Virus genome (UHGV): UHGV-0155081
Reading direction: 5' to 3' (one strand)
Origin: a virus
DNA: 42,128 bases
Made by a program: the position numbers and the translations under genes
The notes under the pieces: generated by a model
What the model was told of the DNA's origin: nothing
What the model saw: only the letters and a program-made list of their open reading frames with translations
Databases searched by the model: none
Shown: in pieces, positions 30,227 to 42,078 of the stretch
How positions within the stretch are numbered: the stretch's first letter is position 1
Layout: each line of letters starts with the position of its first letter

Positions 30227-30681
30227 TGATTACATTCAAACCAACGCGAAACATCGACCTGATAGAAGCCGTAGGAAATCACCCTGACATTATCGCCGGG
30301 AGCAACAACGGTGATGGATACGACTACAAACCTGATTACCGTTACTTTGAGGTGAACGTGCACGGGCAGTTCGGCGGAATTGTTTACTATCAGGAGATTC
30401 AGCCGCTAACCTTTGATTGCCACGCCATGTACCTGCCAGAGATTCGCGGCTTCAGCAAGGAAATCGGGCTGGCGTTCTGGCGATACATTCTGACTAACAC
30501 CACCGTTCAGTGCGTCACATCGTTCGCTGCACGCAAATTCCGCCACGGTCAGATGTACTGCGCAATGATTGGCCTTAATCGTGTAGGAACCATCAAGAAA
30601 TACTTCAAAGGCGTGGATGACGTGACGTTTTACAGCGCTACACGCGAAGAACTAATCGACTTCCTGAATCACGGGAGATAG
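30226..30681 (+). CDS. P22 gp14-like assembly/ejection-associated protein
   Basis: 151 aa, synteny. Confidence 0.5.
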   Translation: MITFKPTRNIDLIEAVGNHPDIIAGSNNGDGYDYKPDYRYFEVNVHGQFGGIVYYQEIQPLTFDCHAMYLPEIRGFSKEIGLAFWRYILTNTTVQCVTSFAARKFRHGQMYCAMIGLNRVGTIKKYFKGVDDVTFYSATREELIDFLNHGR

Positions 30682-30683
30682 CC

Positions 30684-31376
30684 ATGTTATATGCATTTAA
30701 GCTGGGCAGAAAACTGCGCGGCGAGGAACCTTATTGCCCTGAAAAAGGCGGGAAAGGTGGAGCCGATAAAAGCGCAAAGTATGCAGCAGAAGCCCAGAAG
30801 TATTCCGCAGACCTGCAAAATCAGCAGTTCAACACCATCATGAACAACCTGAAACCGTTTACTCCTCTGGCTGAGAAGTATGTCGGCAGCCTCGAGAACT
30901 TATCGTCTCTGGAGGGGCAAGGTCAGGCGCTTAACCAGTATTACAACTCTCAGCAGTACAAAGACCTTGCTGGTCAGGCGCGCTATCAGAGTCTGGCGGC
31001 AGCGGAAGCAACAGGTGGATTAGGTTCCACCGCAACCAGTAATCAGTTAGCAACAATCGCACCAACGCTTGGTCAGCAGTGGCTGTCTGGTCAGATGAAC
31101 AACTACCAGAATCTGGCAAATATTGGTCTTGGCGCTCTTCAGGGGCAGGCAAACGCCGGGCAAACATATGCCAACAACATGAGCCAGATTTCACAGCAAA
31201 GCGCGGCACTGGCGGCGGCAAACGCTAATAGACCTTCCGGCCTTCAATCTGCAATAGGCGGGGCTGCCTCTGGAGCAATTGCTGGAGCACAGCTTGGCAG
31301 CATTGTTCCCGGTATTGGTACTGGTATTGGTGCCGCTGTTGGCGGCGGTCTTGGTCTGCTTGGTTCACTGTTTTAA
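30684..31376 (+). CDS. Ejection protein (P22 gp7-like)
   Basis: 230 aa; N-terminus MLYAFKLGRKLRGEEP matches gp7; Gly-rich C-terminus. Confidence 0.7.
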   Translation: MLYAFKLGRKLRGEEPYCPEKGGKGGADKSAKYAAEAQKYSADLQNQQFNTIMNNLKPFTPLAEKYVGSLENLSSLEGQGQALNQYYNSQQYKDLAGQARYQSLAAAEATGGLGSTATSNQLATIAPTLGQQWLSGQMNNYQNLANIGLGALQGQANAGQTYANNMSQISQQSAALAAANANRPSGLQSAIGGAASGAIAGAQLGSIVPGIGTGIGAAVGGGLGLLGSLF

Positions 31377-31386
31377 GGGGTAATCA

Positions 31387-32736
31387 ATGGCTACGTGGCA
31401 ACAGGGTATTAATTCTGGTGGTTTTCTGGCTGGCATCGGTACGCAAAACGAGAATGCACCAAAGGCAAGCGACATTAACGCAACGCTTGGTCTGATCCGC
31501 GAAAACAATGAGTTGGCTCGCTCAGGTGCAAATAACGTTGGTCTGACCGCGTTACGTGGTCTGGCTGGAGTTGCTGATATTTACAATCAGGAACAGCAAC
31601 AGAAAGCGATTAGTGCGTTCAATAAGGTTCACGCTGATGCATGGGCTTCTGGTGATCCATCGGGACTATTTAAGTTTGCCCAGGAAAATCCAGCGTTTGT
31701 TGCACAGGCACAACAGGCGTTTTCCGGTCTTAATGATCAGCAACGCAACGATATGGGCGATTTAGCCATGAGGGCTAACGTCGCTCTTTCTCAGGGACCG
31801 GAAGCCTACAGTAAATTCATTACTGACAACAAGGACAGGTTAAATCGCGTGGGTGCGAATGCTGACTGGATGATTCAGACAGGTATCCAGAATCCAGAGC
31901 AGTTATCACACATGCTGACTACTATGACGCTAGGGGCTGTTGGTCCGGATAAAATGCTGGATTATCAGGATAAGATGGTTGGTCGCCAACTTGAGAAAGG
32001 GCGATTGGATGAAAGCATCCGTCAGGCTGATATGGAGAATGCGAGAGGATGGGCAAATATCCAGAACGCTCAACTAGACAGGGCTCAGCGGGCACAAATG
32101 CATAATGATAACGTAGCCCTGAAGTTGCAGGAATTAGGGATGAAACAACAGGAAAGCGGAAAGATTGACCCAAAACTTGTTCGAGATCTGAATAGTGATA
32201 TTAATGGGTTCTCAAAGAATTATTCTGCAATGCGCAGTGCTTCTGACAACCTACAAGCCCTTGGGAAGCGCAACACTCCAGCAGCGCAGTTGGGAATGAT
32301 TTTCAACTATATGAAATCGCTGGATCCGCAATCTGTGGTACGCGAAGGTGAGCAAGTGCAGGTAAAACGCACTGATGGAATATTCGGCACACTTGGTAAC
32401 TATGTTAGCCAATTATCTAACGGCAAGATGCTGAATAATGAGCAAGTCCAAGACTTAATCAACACCTCAAAACTGATGGCAAATACTGAAGGCGAAAAGT
32501 TTAATCAGCAAATGGATGATTATCTTTCAACTTATGGAGATTCTCTCCCCAGCGGACTAACTAAGCAATTGCAATCCAGAAAAGCCAAGCTGTATGAAGA
32601 TATTCAGCAGCCTGCGCAACAACAGACACAACAAGCAACATCTGGCGGTCAAACATTTCGAGAGGGTATGACCGCGAAAAATCCTAAAACTGGTCAGAAA
32701 ATTATTTACAGGAACGGACAATGGCAACCAATGTAG
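31387..32736 (+). CDS. Ejection protein (P22 gp20-like)
   Basis: 449 aa, synteny. Confidence 0.6.
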   Translation: MATWQQGINSGGFLAGIGTQNENAPKASDINATLGLIRENNELARSGANNVGLTALRGLAGVADIYNQEQQQKAISAFNKVHADAWASGDPSGLFKFAQENPAFVAQAQQAFSGLNDQQRNDMGDLAMRANVALSQGPEAYSKFITDNKDRLNRVGANADWMIQTGIQNPEQLSHMLTTMTLGAVGPDKMLDYQDKMVGRQLEKGRLDESIRQADMENARGWANIQNAQLDRAQRAQMHNDNVALKLQELGMKQQESGKIDPKLVRDLNSDINGFSKNYSAMRSASDNLQALGKRNTPAAQLGMIFNYMKSLDPQSVVREGEQVQVKRTDGIFGTLGNYVSQLSNGKMLNNEQVQDLINTSKLMANTEGEKFNQQMDDYLSTYGDSLPSGLTKQLQSRKAKLYEDIQQPAQQQTQQATSGGQTFREGMTAKNPKTGQKIIYRNGQWQPM

Positions 32737-34844
32737 GTTTACCAGAGGGGTTTGTTCTGGATGAACAGCCTGATAACTCACAACTTCCTGATGGCTTTGT
32801 GCTTGATTCCCAACCAGAACAGCAGCAATCTCGTTTGGTTTCACCAGAGGAAAATTCCAGACAGGAAAATGTTGTTAATAATGCTAACGGTTTCGACCGT
32901 TTTATGTATGGCGTTCTCAGTGGATTGATGGATGTTGGTAAAGGTGTTGGCCTGTTTCAGGATATGACACCAGAAGAGCAAGCCGCAATTCAGTCTCTAC
33001 AGCAGAAGTTAGCGGCAAAACCATCAACCGCACAAGATGTTGGTGAGTTTGTTGGACAAGCAGCGCCATTTGTTAGTGGTGGTGGGATTATTTCTCAGGT
33101 TCCGAAAGGGGCGGCAAGGCTGGCTGCCGCCGCAGGGCTTGGTGCTGGAGAAGGGGCTATTGTAGCCAATGGAACAAATAGCGATGTTGCTTCCGGCACT
33201 GCTATTGGCGCTGTGGCTGGCCCTGTAGCCGAGATTGTTGGTCCAGCGCTTGGGAAGATTGCAGGAAAAATTAAAAATAGTGCCGGGGATATTTATCGCT
33301 CATCCGTAGGGATGGGGAGTAAATCATCTAAAGCAACGTTAAAGAAAGCTGCTGGCGCAATGGATAATAAATTTATTGGCGGGCAACGAGCTATTCAAGG
33401 TTTCGCCGATGAAGTTAATCCTGATTTTAACGCGATAAATGCCATCCGTGAGCTAGAACTGGAAAATTATGCCACTCCAGGAATGATCTCTAATAATCCT
33501 GCTGTCAGGGCTCTTGATAATGCAGTGGCAAGTCTCCCTGGAACAGAGATTAGTGAGGCGCATAAGCGCTTTATTACTGAATTAGGAAGAAAAGCTGATG
33601 AAATGATAATTTCATTTGGGGGAAACCTTGATAAGCAACTGGTTTCTGACAGGCTTGCAGATAATTTTGATAAAACCATTTCATCATTACAAAATCAGTC
33701 AGATAACATCTACAACAAAATTGCGGAAAAGGTTCCAGTAAGAGACCGTATTGAGGCAACCAATACATTGAATTTTTTAGAGGATTTTGCTGATGACATA
33801 GGTGGAATTGATGAATTATCTCCAATAATGAAGCGGACATTGAACCGACTTGATCCAAACACCTTGCCAACGTATGGGCGTTTAGATCTCGCTAGAAAGC
33901 AGGTTGGGCAAGCTATTGGCAAAGGCTCTGGCCCATTCAAGGATGAAGAAACAGGTGTTCTTAAAAAGTTATATGCAGCTATAACAGATGACCAACAGGC
34001 TGTCGCAGAAAAATATGGCGCAGGGGAGTTATGGACGCTTGGTAAGGAGTTGGTAAAAAAACGAAAATCCATTGAAGATGATGCCGTAACCGTTTTGGGT
34101 AGAAAACTTCAGCAATCAGCAATTCCAAAAGTTGAAAGTGCCGTTGTTAATATGGCAAAAGGAAACGGTGGTGACTTTAGGCAATTAATGAAGTCAATTC
34201 CAAAGGATATGCGGCAGGAAGTTGCGCTCACCTCAATGAATAAAGCATTTACCAGCTATGCTAAATCACCAGGTCAGCAATTAGGGGTTGATGGATTTGT
34301 AAAATGGTATAACGGAATGTCACGCAATGGGGCCAATATGAAGGCTCTCCGTGATGCTATTGGCACAGATGCATCAAAGCGCCTTGATACGATTTATCAA
34401 GCAGCCAAGGCTATGAATAGACTCAATACTGGTAAGCAGTATGCTAGCAGCCTTGTGGATCAGCAAGTTAATAACTTTCTGAAGGAAAAGGGTAGTCTAG
34501 CAAAAATTTATGGAATAGCCTCAAAAGCTGCTGCGGCGGAAGGTGTTACAAGCTTATCTGGTCTTCCTGGTGTAGGTGCAACAGGGGTGATAACGTCCGC
34601 ATTGATGTCAGGGAAAACAAGCAGGATAAAGGCTGCTGATGCTCTACTGTCTTCTCCTGAGTTTAAATCAATGCTATTTCGCCTGCAAAACGCACCAGTA
34701 GACAGAGCAGAAGTGAGACGCGCAATAGAAAGGAAACTGATGCAATCTGGGGCATTTAAGAGATGGGAGAAAACCCTATCAACAGATGAAGCAAAAACCA
34801 TTGCCCGCACGGGGATTATTACATGGCTCGCTAGTGACAGTTAG
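32721..34844 (+). CDS. Ejection protein (P22 gp16-like)
   Basis: 707 aa, Gly/Ala-rich segments, synteny. Confidence 0.6.
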   Translation: MATNVGLPEGFVLDEQPDNSQLPDGFVLDSQPEQQQSRLVSPEENSRQENVVNNANGFDRFMYGVLSGLMDVGKGVGLFQDMTPEEQAAIQSLQQKLAAKPSTAQDVGEFVGQAAPFVSGGGIISQVPKGAARLAAAAGLGAGEGAIVANGTNSDVASGTAIGAVAGPVAEIVGPALGKIAGKIKNSAGDIYRSSVGMGSKSSKATLKKAAGAMDNKFIGGQRAIQGFADEVNPDFNAINAIRELELENYATPGMISNNPAVRALDNAVASLPGTEISEAHKRFITELGRKADEMIISFGGNLDKQLVSDRLADNFDKTISSLQNQSDNIYNKIAEKVPVRDRIEATNTLNFLEDFADDIGGIDELSPIMKRTLNRLDPNTLPTYGRLDLARKQVGQAIGKGSGPFKDEETGVLKKLYAAITDDQQAVAEKYGAGELWTLGKELVKKRKSIEDDAVTVLGRKLQQSAIPKVESAVVNMAKGNGGDFRQLMKSIPKDMRQEVALTSMNKAFTSYAKSPGQQLGVDGFVKWYNGMSRNGANMKALRDAIGTDASKRLDTIYQAAKAMNRLNTGKQYASSLVDQQVNNFLKEKGSLAKIYGIASKAAAAEGVTSLSGLPGVGATGVITSALMSGKTSRIKAADALLSSPEFKSMLFRLQNAPVDRAEVRRAIERKLMQSGAFKRWEKTLSTDEAKTIARTGIITWLASDS

Positions 34845-35068
34845 TCAACTTTGGTTATTTTGCCTTCTTTTTCTTGATGAACTTTGCATCCATCATCTTT
34901 TGATAGCCAAACTAAAAACTTTAAAACCTTAAACACAAGTACGGATACTGTAATGAAAGCACCAATTGCAATTATTGCTAGTGAAATTATTTGCATTGGT
35001 GCTTTTAATGCAGGGAAAATAGTGTAAATGATCGCGAAAACAGTAATTATGAGGAACCATCGCTTCAC
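34841..35068 (-). CDS. Small membrane protein (two predicted TM helices)
   Basis: 75 aa, AT-rich, divergent from the 35222 gene. Confidence 0.4.
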   Translation of the reverse strand: MKRWFLIITVFAIIYTIFPALKAPMQIISLAIIAIGAFITVSVLVFKVLKFLVWLSKDDGCKVHQEKEGKITKVD

Positions 35069-35150
35069 ACCAACCTCCTTAGTTTTGAGCAGGATACCAT
35101 GATGTCAGTGCAAGGGGGAGAAAGTCTCCTCATTATCTGATTCGCAATTT

Positions 35151-35196
35151 ACGTGCATATTTAAATATTGCACGTTATAACGTGCATGTGTATGAT
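35151..35196 (+). promoter_or_regulatory. Sigma70-like promoter overlapped by ACGTGCA operator repeats
   Basis: -35 TTGCAC (35168..35173), 17-bp spacer, -10 TATGAT (35191..35196); inverted repeat ACGTGCA (35151..35157) / TGCACGT (35169..35175) and third copy at 35180..35186. Confidence 0.5.
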
Positions 35197-35221
35197 TGAC
35201 TTATCAATCACAACACGAGAT

Positions 35222-36235
35222 ATGCTCATGAAAAATGATGATGTTAGTGGGAAGGCCAAAGGCGGTAAGGCACGCGCGGCAAAAATGACAGCAGAGCAAA
35301 GAAAAGAATCCTCAAGAAAGGCTGTTGCCGCAAAAAAAGAAAAAGCTTTATTGCCCGTATCTGCGAATGAGGGAAAGTTAAAGATCGGTGATGCGGAATT
35401 AGATGTCGCGGTTCTCGAAAATGGACGGCGTATCATATCACAAGCTTCTGTTTTTAAAGCATTTGGCCGACCACAAAGAGGGGGTAGAGCACCTCAAGAA
35501 GAGGGGGTGATCAATATGCCCGCTTTTATGGATGCTGCAAACCTTAAAAAATATATAAATCAAGATGTTATGGATGTGATCAATAAGGTCAAATACAAGA
35601 CGATTACTGGCTCCGTCCAGGAAGGTTATGACGCATCCATAATACCTCTTGTTTGCGATGTTTATTTAAAGGCAAGAGAGGCAGGCGCTATCACCAGGCC
35701 AAACCAGTTAGAGACAGCCAAGAAAGCTGAAATTCTGGTGCGCTCATTAGCTAAAGTCGGAATAATAGCGCTTGTTGATGAAGCGACGGGGTACCAGCGA
35801 GATAGAGAAAAAGATGCGCTCGCCAAAATACTCGAGGCCTTTGTCGCAAAGGAAATTCAACCTTATATTACAACATTTCCGGCTGATTATTATGAAGAGC
35901 TTTTCAGGTTAAGGGGCTTAGAATACCCGCCGGAAAATCCCCGCTTCCGGCCTCAGTATTTTGGCGTTTTGACAAATGATATCGTCTACAAGAGATTGGC
36001 ACCAAACATCCTTGAGGAGCTTAAAAAGCAGAACGTAAAGGCCTCAAAAGGTACAAAGTTGTTTCAGGGGCTGACGCCAAATATTGGATATCAAAAATTA
36101 AGAGAGCATCTGTCATCAACCGTTACGATTATGAAGCTATCTAACGACTATTCAGATTTTATTGCAAAAATGAATCGCCTGCATCCAAGGTTTGAGGATG
36201 TGAAAACAGACGAACTGGATGATTCAGACAAGTAA
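35222..36235 (+). CDS. Uncharacterised protein with lysine-rich N-terminus (sieA-position gene)
   Basis: Track ORF 35168..36235; 35222 (MLMKNDD...) is the first ATG downstream of the predicted promoter; about 337 aa. Confidence 0.5.
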   Translation: MLMKNDDVSGKAKGGKARAAKMTAEQRKESSRKAVAAKKEKALLPVSANEGKLKIGDAELDVAVLENGRRIISQASVFKAFGRPQRGGRAPQEEGVINMPAFMDAANLKKYINQDVMDVINKVKYKTITGSVQEGYDASIIPLVCDVYLKAREAGAITRPNQLETAKKAEILVRSLAKVGIIALVDEATGYQRDREKDALAKILEAFVAKEIQPYITTFPADYYEELFRLRGLEYPPENPRFRPQYFGVLTNDIVYKRLAPNILEELKKQNVKASKGTKLFQGLTPNIGYQKLREHLSSTVTIMKLSNDYSDFIAKMNRLHPRFEDVKTDELDDSDK

Positions 36236-36240
36236 CAGTA

Positions 36241-36264
36241 ACCCACCGTCAGGTGGGTTTTTTA
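36241..36264 (+). terminator. Rho-independent terminator
   Basis: ACCCACC-gtca-GGTGGGT followed by TTTTTTA. Confidence 0.65.
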
Positions 36265-36503
36265 TCTTCTCCGTACATGCTGCTGAGAGTCTTAAGAAGA
36301 GCCTCCCTAAATTTTTCAGATTCTTGTTGAGCAAAACCTTCTATCGATCTTGGTGATTTTTCTTCATCAATAGCGGCTTGCAAGATCATAACTATTTCTG
36401 AATTTAATGAACGACCGTTTCTCGATGCCCTTATGGTCAAGTCGCGCTTGAGGCTATCTGGCATTCTTACGCTATATGGGGCTATGTCTCTAACCTTCGT
36501 CAT
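36249..36503 (-). CDS. mnt: Mnt-like ribbon-helix-helix repressor
   Basis: 84 aa; N-terminal RMPDSLKRDLTIRASRNGRSLNSEIV is the Arc/Mnt RHH motif; divergent from arc-ant. Confidence 0.75.
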   Translation of the reverse strand: MTKVRDIAPYSVRMPDSLKRDLTIRASRNGRSLNSEIVMILQAAIDEEKSPRSIEGFAQQESEKFREALLKTLSSMYGEDKKPT

Positions 36504-36509
36504 ACTTAC

Positions 36510-36611
36510 ACCGTGATAATCACATTGATATCACAGTGTATTCAAAAAAATTTTGACTTGATATATTCACAGTGATATGTTTGTGATTCACAATAACTCA
36601 CATGTGACAAT
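36510..36611. promoter_or_regulatory. Divergent Pmnt/Pant control region with palindromic operators
   Basis: Pant -35 TTGACT (36553..36558), -10 TATGTT (36576..36581); palindromes GTGATAATCAC, TCACATGTGA and CACAGTGATAT half-site repeats. Confidence 0.5.
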
Positions 36612-36764
36612 ATGGAAAAAGAAGTTAGCAGAATTTTGGTGAGAATGCCTCAGTCGCTAAAAGATGCGATTACAGGAAAGGCCAAAGAAGAATGCCGGTC
36701 GTTTAACTCGGAAGTGATTAAGCGCCTGATGGACAGCCTGAAGAGAGAGGGGATAACTGTATGA
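36612..36764 (+). CDS. arc: Arc-like ribbon-helix-helix repressor (50 aa)
   Basis: Manual translation MEKEVSRILVRMPQSLKDAITGKAKEECRSFNSEVIKRLMDSLKREGITV; RHH motif as in P22 Arc. Confidence 0.75.
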   Translation: MEKEVSRILVRMPQSLKDAITGKAKEECRSFNSEVIKRLMDSLKREGITV

Positions 36765-36964
36765 GTAAAGAATGTTGTTTCTGCGGCATTAGCGAATCAG
36801 ACGCTGATCAAACATACATTTACTCTAAAGAAACAGGTCGGATGCTGTGTAGTGACTGCGTGTTGGACATCATAAGATACAAGCATCTTGGATGTTCTGC
36901 CAGCATTAGCAATATAGGTGAAGTATATGAAGGGAAAGATATAACTGATAGAGCAGAAAGTTGA
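36761..36964 (+). CDS. Small Cys-rich (zinc-ribbon-like) protein between arc and ant
   Basis: 67 aa with CCFC...CSDC; start overlaps arc stop (ATGA). Confidence 0.4.
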   Translation: MSKECCFCGISESDADQTYIYSKETGRMLCSDCVLDIIRYKHLGCSASISNIGEVYEGKDITDRAES

Positions 36965-37026
36965 AGCCCCAACTGCTGTAACAGTCAGGGCTTCGTTTGT
37001 CAGTAAATCCGTGGAGAAAAACCAAC

Positions 37027-37929
37027 ATGAATAGTATAGCAATTTTAGAAGCAGTGAACACCTCTTACGTACCATTCAACGGTCAGCAAATTATCACCGC
37101 CATGGCTGCCGGAGTTGCATATGTTGCGATGAAGCCAATCGTTGAAAACCTTGGAATGAGCTGGTCAACGCAGCAAACAAAACTCATGAAGCAGATTAGC
37201 AAATTCAACTGTGTTCATATGAACATGGTTGCCGCTGATGGTAAGCTTCGTAAGCTACTCTGCCTTCCTTTGAAGAAGTTAAATGGATGGCTGTTCAGCA
37301 TCAACCCTGAGAAAGTTCGTGCTGACATCCGCGATAAACTGATTCAGTACCAGGAAGAATGCTTTACTGTGCTGCATGACTACTGGACGAAGGGAAAGGC
37401 AGAAAATGCACGTAAGAAAACATCTGTTGATGACAGGACTCCGCTTCGTGATGCTGTAAATATGCTAGTCAGCAAAAAACATCTAATGTACCCAGAAGCT
37501 TATGCAATGATTCATCAGCGTTTCAATGTGGACAGTATTGAAGAGCTTGATGAATCTCAGATACCGCAAGCAGTAGAGTACATCCACAGGGTAGTGCTTG
37601 AAGGCGAGTTCATTGGAAAACAAGAGAAGAAAACCAACGAGCTTTCTGCAAAAGAAGCAAACAGCCTTGTATGGCTATGGGATTATGCCAACCGCTCACA
37701 GGCATTATTCCGCGAATTGTATCCGGCATTAAAACAAATTCAATCGAACTATTCCGGCAGATGCTACGACTACGGTCATGAGTTCTCGTATGTTATCGGA
37801 ATGGCGAGAGACGTTTTAATCAATCACACACGAAATGTTGATATCAATGAGCCAGACGGACCAACGAATCTTTCCGCATGGATGAGACTTAAGAATAAAG
37901 AATTACCTCCTTCAGTACATAGCTACTGA
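37027..37929 (+). CDS. ant: Antirepressor Ant
   Basis: Start at [26 protein letters not shown]..., matching P22 Ant N-terminus; track ORF begins 30 nt upstream. Confidence 0.9.
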   Translation: MNSIAILEAVNTSYVPFNGQQIITAMAAGVAYVAMKPIVENLGMSWSTQQTKLMKQISKFNCVHMNMVAADGKLRKLLCLPLKKLNGWLFSINPEKVRADIRDKLIQYQEECFTVLHDYWTKGKAENARKKTSVDDRTPLRDAVNMLVSKKHLMYPEAYAMIHQRFNVDSIEELDESQIPQAVEYIHRVVLEGEFIGKQEKKTNELSAKEANSLVWLWDYANRSQALFRELYPALKQIQSNYSGRCYDYGHEFSYVIGMARDVLINHTRNVDINEPDGPTNLSAWMRLKNKELPPSVHSY

Positions 37930-37947
37930 CAGATAACCAACGCAACG

Positions 37948-37971
37948 ACCCAGCTTCGGCTGGGTTTTTTT
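37948..37971 (+). terminator. Rho-independent terminator after ant
   Basis: ACCCAGC-ttcg-GCTGGGT followed by TTTTTTT. Confidence 0.75.
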
Positions 37972-38029
37972 ATGCCCAAAATTCACCGTAGCCATGCTGC
38001 GGCGATTCCTTGTATCTGGAGCAAATTAA

Positions 38030-40675
38030 ATGACAGACATTACAGCCAATGTTGTAGTGAGCATGCCTTCGCAACTCTTCACTATGGCCCGCTCTTTTAA
38101 AGCCGTAGCCAATGGCAAAATTTATATCGGTAAAATTGACACTGACCCGGTAAATCCTGAAAACCAGATTCAGGTTTATGTAGAGAACGAAGATGGTTCT
38201 CACGTTCCTGTTGCACAGCCAATCGTCATCAATGCCGCAGGGTATCCAGTATATAACGGACAGATTGCCAAATTCGTTACCGTGCAAGGCCATTCTATGG
38301 CTGTTTATGATGCGTATGGTGCACAGCAGTTCTATTTTCCTAATGTGCTGAAGTATGACCCGGATCAGTTTAAACAAAAAGTATTATCAAATGATATGCT
38401 AAATATGTCTCCTCTTTATTTTGGAGCTAAGGGGGATGGGATTAGCGATGATACTGAAGCATTTGTCGCGTTGGAAATGGATATAAAAAATAGGGTTATT
38501 GATTTAAGTGGAAGAGCATTTTTTGTTACTAAAAGTTTTATTGGAAATAGCTATATAAATGGTTCTTTTATTCGTGATGGCAGTAAACGAATTGCGATTG
38601 GTGATCTTAAATTAAGAGATAAAAGAGAGCCATTGATATTTTCCGGAATGCCAAAAGTATATAACACCAGACACACGTTGCGCAGAACTGAAGGTGCGGG
38701 TGGTTTATATGCGGTCATTCAGGGGTGTTGTTATGATGAAATTAACGACAAGATTTTTACTTTATCATCTACCACAGCATACGGTTATTGCATTAATGCC
38801 TTTGACGTGACGAATTCTGGTGAACTAGGAAGATACGACAGAACCCGTTCTACTGAACTTGGGCATCAGGGGCTTGGATTGCATCATAATCCTGATGGTA
38901 CTGTCGTGCTGTGGACATCGAAGCCTTATGGAACCGATGCCGCCAATCAATGTATTTCGATGGAAAATATATTGAGTTACACAGGGACAACCAACGGAGT
39001 ATCTGAAGGTTTTATCACCTGGAAGTTGTTCCCCTATGATGGAATGAGCGCAAGCTCTACTCCAACTGTATCAAGTTGTGAAAACTATCTACTTGCCAAG
39101 AAAATTTCATCGGATGGAATTACCTGCACGGTTCGTGTTTTCGACATAGTCAGCATGTGGAATAACAGAGCTCATAAAACTGATTATAGTGATGATTATT
39201 TAGTTGAGTTTAGCTATCAAAAACCATCACAAGAAGCATTTACCCAATCAATTGCTTGCGATGGGGCATACATTTACATACTTGAGTCACATACGTATGT
39301 TGGCATGACTAATTATATTTACGTATTTGACTTAACAGGCAGGTTTATTGAGCGAGTAGATATTTCAACTGTTGGTGATGATGAAGCAAAATCTGACAGT
39401 ACAGGAACTCCTGTTTATAAAGAGCCTGAGTCCCTAACAGTAATTAGAACGGAGAGTGGGTATGTTTTAACGCTGGGGATATGCACATATAAAGGAGTTG
39501 CTGAGAACGGGAAAAATGTATATCTGTTTGATATAGGCAGGTCTGGTTCGGTAGTGCAAAGCAAAGCAAGCCGTTCTGTATCCAGTAATACTGGTCTTCA
39601 TAGTTCTGGCTCCCCGGAGTTCAAATATGGAGTAAGGGAGTACAATGATACTTTTCACTGGACAGTTTGGCCAACAAGAAAGGGTATTCAAACTAACCGG
39701 GATAACCCTATATTGTTTCTTGATGGCGGAATTACTGGTGGAATGCAGTTAGCTTCAAACGGCACGGAAGGGATGAGCAACTCATGGGTTTCCCGGCATC
39801 AGTCAGACACCGCAGAAGGACCAAGAGCAATAATGTATAAGTCTCGCTCTGGTGTTGTATCAACTGATAATTTTGGAGCTCTGCAGACAGGGGATGTATT
39901 GGGTACTCATGTATGGGCCGGTGATACAGGTAGTAAGGCTGTGCAATGCGCACACATTAAATGCGTCACAAGAGGTAATCCTTCCGGAGACAATATCCCG
40001 GTTGCTTTCTACTTTGGAACCATGGGAGAGAGTGACGGCTTGCGTGACAGATGGGTATTAACAGAATTAGGTCATTTTCGACCATCAGGTTCAAATCTTT
40101 ATGATATTGGTACACAGTCGAATACTGTCAGAAACCTGTATATAAATAATAGCCCCATTGTAACCAGCGACAGAAATTATAAGCAGGATGAAGCTTCATT
40201 ATCTGATGCAGAACTACGGGTTGGAATGGCTATTTACCCGCTGATAAAAAAATTCAGAATGAAGGATGCTGTAAAAGAAAAAGGCTTGTCAGCGCGTGAG
40301 CATATCGGTGTAATTGCGCAAGATATACAATCCATCTTTGAATCTGAGGGGCTTGATGCATTTTCTTATGGGGTTCTTTGCTATGAAGAGTGGGATGATG
40401 AGTATGAGAAAGTCTATGCAACAAGAAATGTGACCAGAAAAATTTTAATTGATGAAGAGTCTGGTCAGTATGATGAAATCACAGAGGAAGAAGAGTATGA
40501 AACTGGTGAAGTAAGGTTAATTATGGAATCAGGAAGAAAATTATCAGTGCGCTATGACGAGTTAATGTTTCTGGCAATGAGCGCACTATATCATCACCAT
40601 GAGCAGGATATTGCCAATATCACATCAAAGATTAATAATCTGGAAAAATTATTAAAGTTAACACTAAATGGTTGA
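38030..40675 (+). CDS. Tailspike: P22-type head-binding domain, beta-helix-like centre, C-terminal chaperone-like domain
   Basis: 881 aa; first ~110 aa match P22 gp9 head-binding domain; [15 protein letters not shown] beta-helix cap motif; C-terminal GVIAQD region resembles S74 intramolecular chaperone domains. Confidence 0.85.
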   Translation: MTDITANVVVSMPSQLFTMARSFKAVANGKIYIGKIDTDPVNPENQIQVYVENEDGSHVPVAQPIVINAAGYPVYNGQIAKFVTVQGHSMAVYDAYGAQQFYFPNVLKYDPDQFKQKVLSNDMLNMSPLYFGAKGDGISDDTEAFVALEMDIKNRVIDLSGRAFFVTKSFIGNSYINGSFIRDGSKRIAIGDLKLRDKREPLIFSGMPKVYNTRHTLRRTEGAGGLYAVIQGCCYDEINDKIFTLSSTTAYGYCINAFDVTNSGELGRYDRTRSTELGHQGLGLHHNPDGTVVLWTSKPYGTDAANQCISMENILSYTGTTNGVSEGFITWKLFPYDGMSASSTPTVSSCENYLLAKKISSDGITCTVRVFDIVSMWNNRAHKTDYSDDYLVEFSYQKPSQEAFTQSIACDGAYIYILESHTYVGMTNYIYVFDLTGRFIERVDISTVGDDEAKSDSTGTPVYKEPESLTVIRTESGYVLTLGICTYKGVAENGKNVYLFDIGRSGSVVQSKASRSVSSNTGLHSSGSPEFKYGVREYNDTFHWTVWPTRKGIQTNRDNPILFLDGGITGGMQLASNGTEGMSNSWVSRHQSDTAEGPRAIMYKSRSGVVSTDNFGALQTGDVLGTHVWAGDTGSKAVQCAHIKCVTRGNPSGDNIPVAFYFGTMGESDGLRDRWVLTELGHFRPSGSNLYDIGTQSNTVRNLYINNSPIVTSDRNYKQDEASLSDAELRVGMAIYPLIKKFRMKDAVKEKGLSAREHIGVIAQDIQSIFESEGLDAFSYGVLCYEEWDDEYEKVYATRNVTRKILIDEESGQYDEITEEEEYETGEVRLIMESGRKLSVRYDELMFLAMSALYHHHEQDIANITSKINNLEKLLKLTLNG

Positions 40676-40696
40676 TATGTGGTACTTTTAATGTAT

Positions 40697-40715
40697 GCCC
40701 AGCTACATGCTGGGC
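40697..40715. terminator. Hairpin between convergent tailspike and glycosyltransferase genes
   Basis: GCCCAGC-tacat-GCTGGGC; weak U-tracts on both sides. Confidence 0.35.
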
Positions 40716-40721
40716 AATGTT

Positions 40722-41817
40722 TTAAATTTCAGCTATAAAACCTTCATAATTATTTTGTAAAAAAGGTTTGATGAACTTACGCTGAGGGGTATAAATCATA
40801 TCCTGATTTACTAAATCTGAGCGGATATTGAAAGTGGTTGAGAGCATGTTAAAGAACATCCTTTTCTTTTGCTCGTTGCCACCTGCTTTACCACATACCT
40901 TTTCCATCATTTCAAGGCATATCACCAGCCACGCATTGTAAAGCTTGGCCTTTTCTTCGTTAGTTTTTCCGCAAAAGTAAATCGTGTTAATAACCGAGTT
41001 AAGAATGAAGTGTCTATCTTCAAGAGGAAATTTTTGCCTTGATAAATGACCATTACCATGGAATGTTAAATGATAATAATCTTTGTCAGCAAGAATAGAT
41101 ATATTGTTTGCTACAGATAGAGATTGAACCATAAATATTTTATCTTCAGCTACGGTGATAGCTGGGTTGAAGAGAATGTTATGCTCTTTAAGCATATTTC
41201 TTCGGAAGAATTTGAAAATAGTTAACGACCGCAAGAGGTGATGCTTGGTTATATCTGCCTTATCTACAATTTTCACCTTGTATGGACGGATAGGCACCTC
41301 GCGATTACCATCTGATGCAATTTTGAAGTAAACAATATCACTATTATTTTTATCAGCAATATGAACCCCTCTCTCAAGAAGAGTTTCGTCAATATAGTCA
41401 TCGGAATCCATGAAGAAAATATAACGCCCTTTTGCTGCTTTTATCCCCTCATTTCGCGGGGTTGAAGCGTTACCTGAACCAATTTCTCGGCGAATAATTC
41501 TGTAGTTAATATCCGGTGCTATATTATATTCTATAGCAGCAATGCTTTTGTCACTTGAACAATCATCGACAAAAATAACCTCAAAGCGATCCTTATTAAT
41601 TGTTTGGTTATTAAGTGAGTTAATGCATTTAAGAATAAGTTTTTCACGATTATGAACAGGGATAACAACTGACACATCTAATGGGCAAAAATGGTTAATC
41701 TCATTAACTACAGTCGTTATTTTAGTAAAAGCCGCCAACAAAGCTGTTGTTAAATCAGTAGAAGATAAAAGGCTTTCTTTTTTAGTATTAGCTTTTATGT
41801 TAAAATAGAACCAATTA

Positions 41818-41837
<20 letters not shown>
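40722..41837 (-). CDS. Family-2 glycosyltransferase body (likely surface-polysaccharide modification), frame-separated from its leader
   Basis: 371-aa ORF; GT-A motifs (VVIPVHNRE...FVDDCSSD...FFMDSDDY); begins only at a GTG 9 nt after the repeat tract; about 30% GC. Confidence 0.8.

Positions 41838-42078
<241 letters not shown>

Noticed and set aside
33467-34810. Minus-strand ORFs inside the gp16-like gene
   Set aside because: Antisense shadow ORFs within a Gly/Ala-rich coding region
35168-35221. Upstream start codons of the 355-aa ORF at 35168
   Set aside because: They lie inside the predicted -35/-10 promoter and operator repeats, so are unlikely to be translated
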